This document shows positions 27,579-41,296 of a DNA stretch of 64,000 bases, piece after piece. Positions within the stretch are counted from its first letter, which is position 1, and every line of letters begins with the position of its first letter. Source of the stretch: Octopus vulgaris. Its lineage: Eukaryota. Made by a program: the position numbers and the translations under genes. The stretch covers positions 131,874,001 through 131,938,000 of the forward strand of contig OX597819.1 of assembly GCA_951406725.2 (NCBI GenBank), given 5' to 3'. Under the pieces are notes generated by a model. It was not told the origin of the DNA. It ran no database searches and saw only the letters and a program-made list of their open reading frames with translations.

Positions 27579-28127
27579 CAAGGGTGAGTCAAAAAGTAAT
27601 GCCATTTTGTTTAGGACAGGTATAATTACCAACACAGGAACATGTATCATACATCAAAATGAAGCTGGTCCTCTGTGGATTGCATCCCTACTTCTCAACA
27701 TAGTCACCGTTTCTCTCAATAGCAATGTTCCACCTTCAAATGAGAGCATGTATCCCTGCGCCGTACAATTCTGTTGACTGTTCTCTGAGCCACTTCTTCA
27801 CTACAGTTTTCACTTCCTCGTCACTGGACTATCATCTCTTCGGCCCCATGAAAGAGGGTTTGAGAGGCAAACATTATTCCAGTGATGAGGAAGTGAAAAC
27901 TGTAGTGAAGAAGTGGCTCAAAGAACAGTCAACAGAATTTTACGGGGCAGGGATACATGCTCTCATTTGAAGGTGGAACATTGCTATTGAGAGAAACGGT
28001 GACTATGTTGAGAAGTAGGGATGCAATCCACAGAGGACCAGCTTCATTTTGATGTATGATACATGTTCCTGTGCTGGTAATTATACCTGTCCTAAACAAA
28101 ATGGCGTTACTCCTTGACTCAGCCTCA
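27579..28127. mobile_element. Mariner-derived fold-back element (two inverted copies of the transposon 3' end)
   Basis: Arms of about 250 bp (27579-27828 and 27878-28127). Encodes DYHLFGPMKEGLRGKHYSSDEEVK..RWNIAIERNGDYVEK, the mariner C-terminus. TA follows the right end. Confidence 0.88.
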
Positions 28128-29148
28128 TACAATCTTGTTTATCATTGACTTAATTTATAGTTCTCTACAAATACATTTCATCATACAGCATCATGCTAAG
28201 CACACACACACACACTCACACACACAATCATACATACAAACGTGTGTGTGTGTGAATGCATACATCATCACATCATCAGCCATCCATTTTCCATGCTGGC
28301 ATAGGCTGGACTGTCAACAGAGCTGGTGAGCCAGAAGACCATGCCGAGCTTCAATGTCTGCTTGGACATGGTTTCTGTGGCTGGATGCCCTTCCTAATGC
28401 CAACCACTTCACAAAGTATATTGGGTAGAAAAACAAACTGATATTGGTAAAAGTGACAGAGATGGACAACAACAAAAAATCGGCAGAAATGAATGCCCAG
28501 AAATATGGTCCTTTCATTGGTTGTCAACTGGAAACCATCACAATTTCAGCTCCTAGAACAATATTTATTTCTTTATTGCCCACAGTGGGCTAAACATAGA
28601 GGGGACAAACAAGGACAGACAAAGAGATTAATTCGATTACATTGACCTCAGTGCGTAACTGGTACTTATTTAATTGACCTCAAAAGGACGAAAGGCAAAG
28701 TTGACCTCAGCAGAATTTGAACTCAGAACGTAACGGCAGATGAAATACCGCTAAGCATTTCGCTTGGCATGCTAACGATTCTGCCAGCTTGCCACCCTGG
28801 CTCCTATTTCAGCTCAAACCATATTTGAGTTGCAGAAGTACACATGAGTACACAAGATCATCAGACAAAGACAGGAAAAACGATGAGTCTACAGGTTTTG
28901 TAGAGGGAAAAATACAAAGCAAATCAAATGGACAGTATAAGGGAGTTGTTTAATAAAAACAATAATTTTAAGACAAGCAGTAAAAAAAAGCAAGAAGGGC
29001 ACATACAAAATGAAATGAACTGAGAAATACAAATATATGAAGTTTTATTATTTAACAATAAATAAAGGTGGGAAACTTGTGAAACAAAATGAAATGAACA
29101 TAAATCATCTTTCGACAGAGACAATAAGTATAGGATAATTATGTAAAA

Positions 29149-29930
29149 CATCATCATCATCATCATTTAACGTCCACTTTCCATGCTGGCATGGGTTGGA
29201 CGGTTTGACTGGGGACTGGTGAACCAAATGGCTGCACCAGGCTCCTATCTGATCTGGCAGAGTTTCTACTGCTGGATGCCCTTTCTAATGCCAACCACTC
29301 CGAGAGTGTAGTGGATGCTTTTACGTGCCACCGGGATGAGGGCCAGTCAGGTGGTACTGGCACGGCCACACTCAAATGGTGTTTCTATGTGTCACTTGCA
29401 CAAGAGCCAGTCCAGTGGCACTGGCAACGCCCTTGCTTGAATGTTGTTTTTCACGTACCACTGGCACAAGTGCCAGTAAGGCGATGCTGGTAATGATCAC
29501 AGTCGAATGGTACTTTTTACGTGCCACCAGCACATGTACCAGTCAGCGGCCCTGGCAACGATCGCGCTCAGATGGTGCTGTGCTCTTAGCACTCCACTAG
29601 CACAGATGCCAGTCAACGAATGTGATTTCAATTTCACTTGCCTCAACAGGTCTTCACAAGCAGAGTTTAGTGTCCAATGAAAGAAAGGTATGCATAAGTG
29701 GGCTGGTTACACCACTGGCATAGGCCACGGGTTATAGTCTCACTTGGCTTGCTGGGTCTTCTCTAGCACAGCATATTTCCAAAGGTCTCGGTCACTAGTC
29801 ATTGCCTCGGTGAGGCCTAATGTTCGAAGATCGTGCTTCACCACTTCATCCCAGGTCTTCCTGGATCTACCTCTTCCACAGTTTCCCTCAACCGCTAGGG
29901 TGTGACACTTTTTCACACTGCTATCCTCAG
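29149..29930 (-). mobile_element. RTE LINE 3' fragment
   Basis: GNCGRGRSRKTWDEVVKHDLRTLGLTEAMTSDRDLWKYAV plus the 3' UTR and (GAT)n tail. Confidence 0.85.
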
Positions 29931-30960
29931 TGCAAGTTGGTTGGTTGGTTGGTTGCATCACAGAGCTCACAGAACCTTTCATCTTCCTCATTTGTTGTGC
30001 CATAGCTATAGTCTTCATAGACATCATGGGAGCTATCATTTGTGTGGACCAACATGGCCATTAACATCAACAGGCATGAAAATTAAATCACTGCTGATCA
30101 CCCTTGAGGTAGTCCTTCTGCTCACTTGCCAGTTCTGACTGTAAATCATATGTAGAAATAAATATTACTGCTGTGTTGTCTCTCACTAGTCTTAGTTTAG
30201 TTATTCTTTCACATACCCTAACTACCCCAATTATCCATTTCTATATTTAACAGAAAACCTACACCACCTTCCCCATCACTTTTACTCTCCCAGAAGAATT
30301 TGCATTGCTACTCTTTGGCTATGAGGAGTTTGACCAAGGATCCTTTCCACCCTACTTCTTGCACACAGCACACTACCACTCGTCTCTGCTACATTTATTT
30401 GATCTCACCTGACTTACCTTATATTATGCCTACATTTATGGTAGTAGCCCTTATTTATGAATCTTATAGGAAGGTGAGAATTTTGTTGGTTGCTGTGGTT
30501 GACATTTTTAACTAGGGGGGAAGAAAACTTGTGTTGTTGCTGGTCCACAGTCAGAATCTCCACCCAAAGAGTGAGGTTTGTCCTTTTATTTTATTTGCTA
30601 TCATTTGTCCAATCTGTGGCACTTTGCAACATACACTACCATAAAAGCTGTTTACTACTGTTATCAGTTAATGTTATTGTTGTTGCTTTTGTTGAGTTGG
30701 CCGAATCCTTTACACATCAGGTGATGTGCTTAGTGACATTTCACTTGGTTCTTTACATTCTGAGATCTAATTCCAAGGTTGTCTTTGCTTTTCATTCTTT
30801 CAGAGTCAATAAACAGTGTCAGTGGCAGTTGAGCACTGGGGATGATGTAATCAACTTACCCCCACCACCACCACCACACACACACCTCCTTTGAAATTAC
30901 TGGCCTTGTACCAAAATTTGAAACCATCATTGTTATTATTATTATTATCAATATTATTAT

Positions 30961-32375
30961 TCACGTACACTCAACAGATAAGACTGTTGGAAGAGAAATT
31001 AATCCTAACATTGGGCTACAAGAAGTTGCCTTAGATGCCAAGAACCTTCCTAAATATCCTACCTATCCCTAATAACACTGTTTTCTGGAACTGTACTAAA
31101 CTGAGTTTTTGCTTATTTCCTCTATCCATCTGTTCAGATCTTTAGGCATAGTTCCCAATGCACCTATGTCTACTGGGATACATTCTACCCGCACTTTCTA
31201 TAGTCTCTGTAATTCAATAGCTAGTTCCTACTATTTCTTCTATACTTCTCATATTAATGTTTTCACCATTTGGGACTGTAAAGTCACTTACCTGGCACTT
31301 TCTATTCTCTTTATCTACTATTACCAAATCAGGCCTTCTAGCTTCTATTACTCTGTTAGTCTGAATGTTAGAGTCTCATGACATCTAGTATTTCTTACTT
31401 TCTTATAATATCAGTATGTTCAAATCCTAGCTTTCTACATAACTACCATTGGATTGCTCTCCCTAGATTGTCATGTCTTTTCTTGTATTCTTTCTGTGCC
31501 AGCATGCTACATTCACTTAATATATAAGTAACGCTTTCCTCTTTTGATTTGCATAATCTACATTGGGAATTTACTTGGTTTTTGTCTATCTTAGCTTTTA
31601 TCCAATTAGTCCTTAATGCTTCATTTTGTGCAGCTACTAACAATCTTTCTGTCTCCTCTTCAGCTTTCCCTTCTGCAGCCGTAACCATGTCTCACTACTA
31701 CTATTTGCTGAAACTATCTTTGGGAATCTACCATGCAACACCTTCTCCTGCCAGTCAGATAATTTCTGTTATTTTTTCTAGTTTTAAGTTCATTTGGTGT
31801 TTTGATTTCCCTATGTGTTGTGGTGGACACCCCCAAATGAGAAGTGGGCTGTTCCACTACTGTTAAATAATGGACAGACACAGCAAGCAGTGTCAGTCAG
31901 TGAGGTACGCTGTTCGGGCCAGTCATGCAGACAACGAAGTTATGTCATCATAACGTGGGACATATCACCATGTCTTTTTGTGACTCTAGCAGCCTTTAAT
32001 AAACTTTCTTCACTATTACCTACATAGGAGTCTATATCTACTCTACCTAACTCCATCCAGTCTTCCACTGATATTCACCCTCTTCCATCTTCCTTTCTAA
32101 GTAAGTATAATCTTGCTGCTCCTGTCCTTGGTTGGAGTCCTCCATTCATATTGAATCCCTTCCTAGTTCTTCTCTCTAACTTTCCTAATTCAGGTTTTCT
32201 CCAATCTACAAAAGCTGCTGAGTATCTAAGTAATGATGCTGCCCAAGTATTCACAGCCTTCACAAGATTCGAACCATTTAGCTCTGCCTTCATTAGCTTC
32301 CTCATCTTCTGATGTACTCCTTCTCAATTTTCATTGTCATTTCTGTAGTTAGTACTCTGTCAGACTCTAATAATC
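30961..32375 (-). mobile_element. Dong/R4-clade non-LTR retrotransposon fragment (end of RT, CCHC knuckle, RLE endonuclease)
   Basis: AVNTWAASLLRYSAAFVDW, RLYLLRKEDGRG, LLVAAQNEALRT..CRLCKSKEESVTYILSEC..YKKRHD, RPDLVI, IPVDIGALG; 3' end abuts (TAA)n. Confidence 0.85.
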
Positions 32376-33356
32376 CTGGGTCAAGAAAAGACCAAGATTA
32401 GGCACCTGACTTCTGGAATGTTGTCAGGCACTTACCATTCTCTACCAATTAGGCAATATGGTCAGTGGACGTTCTACAGTGGAAGTAATATATAGAAATC
32501 TAATGGTGGATAAAAGAGATGGCTCTCTCAGGGAAATTCTTAGCATCAGTGAGGATGAATTATCTTGATCTATGTTGGAGGACTTTTGGGTCCAGTGCAA
32601 TTTTGGATAAATTCCAGAAATCCCTGGCCTGTCAGTGCTACTGAGGAGATAAACTCTACAGGCATGGATGTGCTGTCAGGCAGGACTATCCAAGAGGCTT
32701 GCAGAGTGACGAAACCATTCTGCATGCACTGATGCAAAGCCTAAGTATTTCTGGCTTGTAAAGTTGTGTCAAACAGCTGCTATCATGTGTGGGATGAATT
32801 CATCTATTGGCCAAAGCCATGCTGAGTATTGTCCCACCACCCATCTTTAAGAAGGCAGGACAAGCAGTGTTCCTCTGTCCAGTAGTTATGGCAGAAGAGG
32901 CTGAAGGGATTGAGGAAGGACACTTTCCTCTTCAGTCATGCTCTCATCAACTTTTTTAAGTTCCACTTGGAAAGGAAAGTGAGGATGGAGAGGCAAGTAG
33001 GTACCTCTCAGTGAATTTGCGAAAAGACGGGTGACTCTGTCAAAAACGGTCTAAAGTGAATGACCCTACTCTAAGTATGCACCTGTAGACTGGAGGGCAG
33101 GAGAGAGGGCTCGTATCTTGGTTGGTCAGGGTAATCCTGGATCTGTGTGGTTCCTTGATTGGCCCTAGTTGGGGTTTCTTTTGCATCAGGAGGACCGCAT
33201 CAATCATGTTGTCACACACTTTGTATACTTTAATCGCATTTCAATGTCTTTTTCTATTTCTATCTCCTCGTCCTTTATGCAAATCCCCACAGAAATTGTC
33301 TGCCAGTCCTTGTGATATCCTCCTCCTCTATGTCTCTGCGACTAATAAAAGAAATC
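32372..33356 (+). mobile_element. Probable Tx1/L1-clade LINE 3' fragment
   Basis: Degenerate PR..QSDETILHAL knuckle, LINFFKFHLERKVRMER, then AATAAA and a (CAT)n tail. Confidence 0.5.
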
Positions 33357-34126
33357 ATCATCATCATCATTATTATTCATGGTGCACACAAATGTTTTGC
33401 ATTCAGAATCAATGTCCTAGATACCGAGTCACAACCAATTTTCTAAGACACGGAGGACCTTTCTTACAACCCTTGCCTTTTCCCGTTAGAGCAGATTTCT
33501 GAATTAATGCAACTCTCATAGTTCAACCAATCTCAATATTATTAACATCATTAAAAAAGTTGGCCAGCCAGCAGAATCGTTGACATGCTGGACAAAATGC
33601 TTAGTGGTATTTCATCTGCTGTTACGTTCTGAGTTCAAATTCCGCCAAGGTTGACTTTACCTTTCATCCTTTTGGGGTCAATAAATTAAGTACCAGTGAA
33701 ACACTGGGGTTGATGTAATTAGCTAGTCCCTTCCCTGAAATTTCAGGCCTTGTGCCTATAGCACAGTGGTTCCCAACCATTTCACTACCAAGGACCCCTT
33801 TTATTTAAATGAGTTTTCCCACAGACTCCTTTTAATATGTTTATCCTTATATATATATATGAAATTTTGAATTTAGTTCATGGACCCCTACCAGTACTAT
33901 CTTTGTGGACCAGCATTATCATTATTATCATTATTATTACTATTATCACTTTCGTTATTATTAATAATCACAGGAGTGCGACTTATCAAACGAACAATAT
34001 TTCGACACTTCGTGTGTCTTCCATAAGTTCAAAATAATCCTCTCAATCTACTTCTTATTTTTCCTTTACCTTCGGGAAGAGTAACGTCAAGCCTTCAATA
34101 TTATTATTATTATTATTATTATTATT

Positions 34127-34679
34127 GAGTGAGAGAGCAGTTCATGCCATCAAAGTGACACTGGGGTAAAATATACGAAGCCCAATATACCCATCATGAA
34201 TACCCGTCTGATAAGGGTACACCAGGCACATGCATCACAACCATATGTGCGTGACATGGTGATCTCATATCAAGATAAACAGCACATGACCTTGCAGGTG
34301 GGGCCCAGTTAGAATTTTCTTCAGGTTGAGTAGCCCATCACGCTCAAAAGGTCCCTGAATAAGGGTTGTTTAAGGATGTTGAAAGAACCACCCATGTTTC
34401 CAGAGGTGAATTATTCAAACCCCAAAGAATCTCTCTCAATACATGGCTGTGATGCTCCCCCACTACTTCTGCTCGTGATCAGAGATGCACATATCGTCAG
34501 CCACTAAGGGACATACTCAACTGGTTATGGTCAAACAACTGACAAGCAAATCTGTGGTATTGAGCAGAATATTTGCTGTAGCCCATCTTTTATACCAAGA
34601 CAAAACAATGTACAGGATAACACTTCCAATCAGTTAAGATCAGAAGCCATGAGAGCCACTGCCTGGTACTGCATCAGGG

Positions 34680-34682
<3 letters not shown>
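34127..34682. mobile_element. About 555-bp (TAA)n-associated element, copy 3
   Basis: Full-length copy between two long (ATT)n arrays. Confidence 0.8.
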
Positions 34683-34713
<31 letters not shown>

Positions 34714-34934
34714 GCCTTTGCACAGCTTCTAACACTGGAGATGTATTACAGTGTCAGCTGTTCACTACTAATGAACTAAGGTAACACCTCTTATTTTTCG
34801 AGCACCATCCAGTGTATTCAAGCGGTTCCAAGCAGTGGTTTTCTACAAGTGCTCCACCCTTATTGCAGCCCCTATTTGTTCCATATACTCTTATTGCAGC
34901 CCCTATTTGTTCCATTATTATTATTGTTGTTGTT

Positions 34935-35390
34935 GTTTTTCCTTCTTTCTTCAAATTTTCTTCCGTTTCTCGCTGAGTGTTTTCCGTACACCTAGGGCAG
35001 AGAAGCTCATTGTATGCATTCCCAGATAACACGTGCAAATTCACAAATTCATGAATGGATGTTATTTTCACAGTGATAATGCTCTTCTCAGTACATGAGC
35101 CATTCCAGCCAACACGATGTTTTTGCACTTCCTGTAGGGATGGTAAGCCTGGAATCATTTTCAAATAGGTTTCAGTACCTTTTTTTATCATTCCTAGAGA
35201 TCCCACAATCACTGGTACTATAGTCGCCTTGAGATGCCACATTTTTTAAATTTCTATTAGCAAGTCTTTATATTTACTGATCTTGTCAAATTCTTTCGCC
35301 GCTATATTGTGATCGCAAGGAATACTCATGTCAATTAATAAACACACCTTTTTTGTCTGATCTTTTATAATAATATCCGGTTTATTATCA
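34935..35390 (-). mobile_element. Dong/R4-clade retrotransposon 3' fragment (restriction-like endonuclease)
   Basis: NKPDIIIKD..CLLIDMSIP.DHNIAAKEFDKISKYKDL..IVPVIVGSLG (PD-(D/E)xK fold), flanked on both sides by (TAA)n. Confidence 0.88.
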
Positions 35391-36313
35391 TTATTATTAT
35401 TATTATTATAATTATTATTAGTAGAAAGGATTGTTATTATTATCATTATTATTTAAGTACCAGTTGCGTACTGGAGTCAATCTAATCAACTGGCCCCTCC
35501 ACCAAAATTTCAGGCCTTATGCCTATAATATGTCCCAGTTGAGCAGTAGTGGGGGGGTCGATGTACTCAACCAGTCGTCTCCCTTATAATTTCTGGGCTT
35601 GGGTCTCTATAGTAGAAACAATTGTTATTATAGTTGTGAAGTCAGCCATCCATTCAGGGTAGAGAAGTACCAGCTGGACATTGGGGTCGATATTATCAAC
35701 GAAACCTGACCCATCAAAATTACTGGCTTTGCGCAAATTATTGAGAAAGAATTATTATTGCTGTTGTTGAGTGTGTAGCCTCAATTAACTGTTGTTTGAA
35801 GGAGAAGGGTAATGGTAGTAAGTACAAGGTGTGTGTGTGTGTTCTACCAGGATAAGAAGACATAGCAGTCGCAGCAGCAGAGATAGATTGAGGTTATGTT
35901 GTGGAGCAGGAGAGAGAGATCTGCGGTGGAGGGGAGGGAAACAGCAGTTTCAGAGAGAGGCTGGAGACACGGTTACTTGGCAGGGGAGGGAATTAGGATA
36001 GACTTGTGGATTTGGTGGTAGGAGGAAATGGGGGGGAGGAGGAGTAAGTGCATCTGACAGGCTTTGCAGGGAGGAACAAGGTTGAAATGGTCAAAGAAAC
36101 AGAGAGAGAGAGAGAGAGAGGCTAGGGAAAAGGGAGAATATTATATTAAGTCAGCAGTGGCAGAGAGAGAGAGAGAGAGAAATGAGTGAGTAAAGCAAAT
36201 AAAGACGGAAGAATCTGTTAGTGTTTTGGCAGACAGAACAAAGATTAAGAATGGGCAGTTTGTGCTTTGGTATGAACGCGTGTATGGGTCTAAGTGTGTG
36301 TGTGTGTGTGTGT

Positions 36314-38780
36314 ATCATCATTGTCACTTAACATCTGTTGTCCATGCTGGTGTGGGTCAGATAGTTTGACCAGGAGCTGCAAGCTGGGGAACTGTACCAA
36401 ACTCCAGTCTGATTTGGCACAGTTTCTGTGGCCGGATGCCCTTCCTAGCACCAACCACTTTACGGAATGTGCTGGGTGCTCTCACATGGCACTGGCATCA
36501 GTGCTTTTTACATGGCACCAGCACCAGACTCCTGCAGGGGGCTCCAGTCTTAACGCTTCCGATGTGGAGTAAAGGTCGTCTTGAGTACAGCAAGGCACCA
36601 GGCACTTCAGTCCTTTGTCATCTTGTCTGAAAGGTTCAACATCTCGAGGTCCTTCTTCAGTACTTCACCCATGTCTTCTTGGGTCTCCCTCTTCCATGTG
36701 TTCCATCTACTTTGAGATATTGGCACTTCTTTATGGAGCTGTCAGCATCCATCTGCATCACTTGACCAAACCAGTGTGCTCTTCTCTCGGGCCTAACTTC
36801 TCTCTCAGAAGACTGGCACTTTGTTGAACATGTACACTTACATTACATACCCAGCAGAGAATACTAGCCTCATTCCTCTCTAACCTTCACATGTCCTCTG
36901 CATTCAGGGCCCACATCTCACTGTCATGTAGAACTGCTGTCCCCATACATACATCACTCAGAAAGAAAAACCTTTCATAACCAAAACAGGGAACAGGACC
37001 CTGAATTTCCTCCATCCTATTCTTATTTTAGCTATCACAATCTCTGTGTATCCTCTCCCACAACAAATTTGGTCCCCTAAGTAGCAGAAATTATCTGTTA
37101 CCTCTAATGAGCCACCAGAGCATTTGAGAGAATCAATTTCCCAAGTTTCTGTTGTTTTTATGGATCCTTTGCATCTTCCACATATAATCACTACCTTGTT
37201 TGATAATCTTCCTATTAACCCACTGCACCTCTTGTGTGTCCATAGCTTATACTGGGTACACCATATGGAGTTCCTGCCAACACCTTTTCTACAAATCGAG
37301 CAGGTAGGGTCCTGTCACTTTCCTTGCTTACTAAGACCTTAGTCTTTGCTAAGTTAACCTTAAGGCCCTTAGATTCCAGATTTTGCTTCCACACCTGGAA
37401 TTTCTCTTCTAGCTCTGATATGGAATCTGCTATGAGGGCAAGATCATCAGCATACTGTAGTTCCCAGGGTCTGCCAGTCTTGAATTCCTCTGTTATGGCC
37501 TGGAGGATAATGATGAAAAGGAGGAGACTAAGGACTGAGCCTTGATGAACCCCTACCTGTATACCAAATTCTTCGTTGTACTCATGGTTAAATCTCACCT
37601 TACTGACCACATCTTTGTACATGGCCTGTACAGTTTTCACAAGCCACCCTTTTATCCCTAACCTCCTCAGAGCTCACCAAATCACACAGCAGAGAACTCT
37701 ATGGAAGGCTTTCTCTAGATTAACAAATACCAAGTATAATGGTTTCCTTGCAGTTGTCTGACTATGAGAATAGCATCAGCAGTGCTTCTCCCCTGAACGA
37801 AGTCAAACTGCATTTTGTTTAACCTAATTCTGCTCCTAATTGATTGGACTATAACTCATTATTTTCATAACCTAGTCCAGAAGTTTGATGCCTCTCTAAT
37901 TGCTTCTATCTAAAGCATCACCCTTACCCTTGTAACAGCTAACAATAATGCTGCTACACCATTCCTTGAGTAATACACCTCCCTGAATGACCTGATGAAC
38001 TATGAGCATCTTAGCCATGGTTCTGGATGGACCAGGTGCTTTCCTAGTTATCATGTTTTATCTACTATCCTGCTGTCCACAAGGATAGCTGGTCCCTCTG
38101 TTGGGTTCACAAGAGGAAAACTTTCTTGGTCCCATTCATTCTCTACATTCAGCAGTCTCGCATAGTAACTTTCCCATGCCTCTTCCTTCTCCACATCACT
38201 AAGTGCAAGCATACCATTATCCATCTGCACACGCTTCCCATCTACAATAACTCAATTCTCACTGATACACTGTCAAGCAATCCAGAACACTTCAAGTCTC
38301 TGAACTTCACACTGTAGGACTTTGGCAAACCCCTTTTTTTTCGGCTCCTACTCTAGCTAAATAAACCTGATATCTAGCCTCCCTTTTAGTATTCTCATAG
38401 GATTCTTTTTCATTCTTTCCAGACCTGTTTCTTCTCTTTTATGGCCCTGTCAACGTCATTGTTCCACCACTACATCACCCTTGGTCTGGTAGGGGCTTTA
38501 GTCTAACCACAAATTAGGTCTGTTGCCCTTAGTAGATTGTCCCTTAGGAACTTCCAGTTGTCCCCTATGTCATATGTCTCTATCTCTCGCTCCTCCTCAA
38601 AGACCTCATTAAGAACATCTTTAAATCTCTGCCTGTTTGAAGGATCCTTGAATGTCCACAGCCTCCTTTTCCATATTGGCTAGCATCTCTGCATCATTCC
38701 GGCCCTAAACCTAAACTCACTAACCACCAGTTTATGCTCAGATGCAAATTCTTTACCCAGGAAAGATTTTGCATTTACAA
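36314..38780 (-). mobile_element. RTE-clade LINE, 5'-truncated and degenerate (end of endonuclease, RT and 3' UTR)
   Basis: GVHQGSVLSLLLFII, PWELQYADDLALIA, GLKVNLAKTKVL, FCYLGDQ; frameshifts and stops; family 3' UTR with (GAT)n tail. Confidence 0.9.
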
Positions 38781-38959
38781 GAATATATCTATCACTGTTC
38801 TTGTGGAAGATGTCGTCAATGAAGGCTGGTGAGTACCCCAGACTGGTAAGTGATCAGATGGTTGGTGTTGCAGACCAGGAAGCCATGAACATATATATGT
38901 GTGCATATTTATATATGTGCACGCACACAAACACACATACACACAACTGGACAGCACAG

Positions 38960-39277
38960 GGTGAAGACCCCCATCAGTCATGAATGACCATGTGATTGCA
39001 CCTAGAAATCCCCCTCCGAGGCACAAGTCTGGGCAAGGTTGCTTATGGAAGACCGGCACTCACCTATGCATACCGGTCTCCCTTCTCCACCCCACTAATA
39101 TTATCCAAGGGAAAGGCAAAGGGGCCGATACAGCTCGACACCAGTGATGCTGCAACTCCTTATTTCTACTCGTGAGTGAACTGGAGTATGTTGCTCAAGA
39201 ACACAACACACAGCCCAATCCAGGAATCGAACTTACAGCCTCATGATTATGAGCCCAACGCTCTAACCACTAAGCCT
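38960..39277 (-). mobile_element. tRNA-derived SINE, third family
   Basis: The minus strand starts GGCTTAGTGGTTAGAGCGTTGGGCTCATAATCATGAGGCTGTAAGTTCGATTCCTGG (A and B boxes), followed by a non-tRNA body. A related head lies at about 43150(+). Confidence 0.65.
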
Positions 39278-40435
39278 TACATACATACATATACATCATG
39301 TATGTGTATGCCCCTGCCCCTGTCTGTCCCTGACGCATCTCTTGTCCTTCACTCACCTTCTTAACACCCATCCTTCCATCACTCTCCTGACTAAGGCACT
39401 AATCATTCAACTGTTGTAACTATACGAGAGTAAAACTGAACATATTTCACCACCCCCCACCTGTCTGTATTCCCACTCTCCCTTCCTCGATCTATTTTAC
39501 TTTGTTTCTGATATACTCAACTTCATTCTTTTCAGCTGAATGCCCTAGGAAACTCCACTGCTAAGATCCACTCCTCTATCTACCTCTGACTTCATCCATG
39601 GCATTGTGCCTCTCTCACACACTACCCACACTCCACATCACTTGTGCTTGCACCTATCACCTCCTTCACCTAAACTTATTTCCTCCAACTTCTCTCTCCC
39701 AAATTCATATTCACTATCGACCATAACTCCATTCACCTTTATCCTCATCTCTATCCATCTGCTACTCTCCTTTCACATTCTCACAAACTTATCCATCCAT
39801 TCCCCCTGTCCAATTCCTCTCGACCATTTCCCTTATATTTACCCCTTTCTGTAACTTGAGGGTATACCATAACACATCTTCATTATCATCTTCTCTCCCT
39901 TTCCAACTGGGGTACCCAAGTATCTCTTCTTACAGTAAGACTCCTGTTCCTACCCCTCTGTCATACTTTAACTTCTCATCACCTGGCATAAGGCCCTCTC
40001 ACTTTATATCCACCTCAGTTAAAGGATTTTGTCTTGCAGGTTACCTGGTACCAGTGCTGCGCAAACAGCACCCAGTATACTGTGTAAAGTGGTTGGCATC
40101 AGGAAGGTCATCCAGCTATAGAAACCATATTAAAAGAGACATAGGAGATTGGTTCAGTCCTCTGCCTTGTCAACTCCTATCAAAATACTCAACCCATGCC
40201 AGCATGGAAAAGAGACACTGAACAATTACAATGATGAGGATGGCACACACACACAATGCATAGACAGACACACACACATATGGATGGTATATGTATTTGT
40301 ATGCATAAATGCTTGTGTATATATTTGTATCTATCTATCTATCTAATATATATATAGATACACACACACAAATTAAAATCCAGAAAATGGCGAAGTAGCA
40401 TTAATATAATTTCTCAACTGCAAAAATTTAACATG

Positions 40436-40521
40436 TTCTCTTACAGCTGTTTCGATTTTGCCCAAAAGAATTAAATTCCAGTAATTAAAACATTTTAGTG
40501 AGCAAAATCTCATCAGAGAAG
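40436..40521 (-). ncRNA. Type I hammerhead ribozyme (Penelope-like element type)
   Basis: The minus strand reads cuucu CUGAUGA GAUUUUGCUCA-loop-UGGGCAAAAUC GAAAC AGCU GUA agagaa. The catalytic core is complete, stem II has 11 bp, stem III is the palindrome ACAGCUGU, and the cleavage triplet is GUA. Confidence 0.85.
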
Positions 40522-41296
40522 TAAAAAAAGTCATGTCATTAGGTTATATACATGTTATTCTTCCAAAGCATCTCAACAAACTGAATCTCATTTAATTACT
40601 AATATTGGTATAAACCTTGGCCAGGGCGTAACAGGTTGTATAAGGGTAATAATTGGTAAATAAATGTCAGAGAGTGGGGGAAAGTGAAAATAGCGTCATA
40701 TGAGTGTGAGAATAAATCAGTGATTACTTTTATAACTCGTTTAAGAAATTGATTGAATTAATATGAAAAATAGATGAAGTATAAAATAATCAAAAAAGAA
40801 AGGAACTCAGTCTTATTATATATACAGTGCACATATATACATACATATAGACATGTATATATATATATATATACATATATGAATACACATACATACATAT
40901 ATACATTCATATGCATGCATACACATTCAAGATATACACTTTTAGGTAATAATACATACATATAAGTAACAGTATATGCATATATGTAAAAATACATGCA
41001 CCTATACAAGGGTAAAATGCAGATATGTATGTATAAAGTAATCTATTTTAACCTCTATTTAAATTTATATAGTGTTGTCTCATTTTATATATTTATTTAT
41101 TTAACATATACATGCTCATACCAAACCCGCATTAGACTCTTGACTCGTATCATTATCAAACCAAATATTTAACGGCGGTCCTTCTGTAGTACTTGCATAG
41201 CCTTTACCTGCCACCTCGGGTCTTCTGGATTCCAATATCTCTCATGTTATTGCATCCTTGCTAGTACAAGCACTTATTACAGGTAACACTTATATA

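Noticed and set aside
39200-39277. tRNA-like sequences here and at other SINE heads
   Set aside because: No complete cloverleaf or acceptor stem, and each continues into a repeated SINE body.
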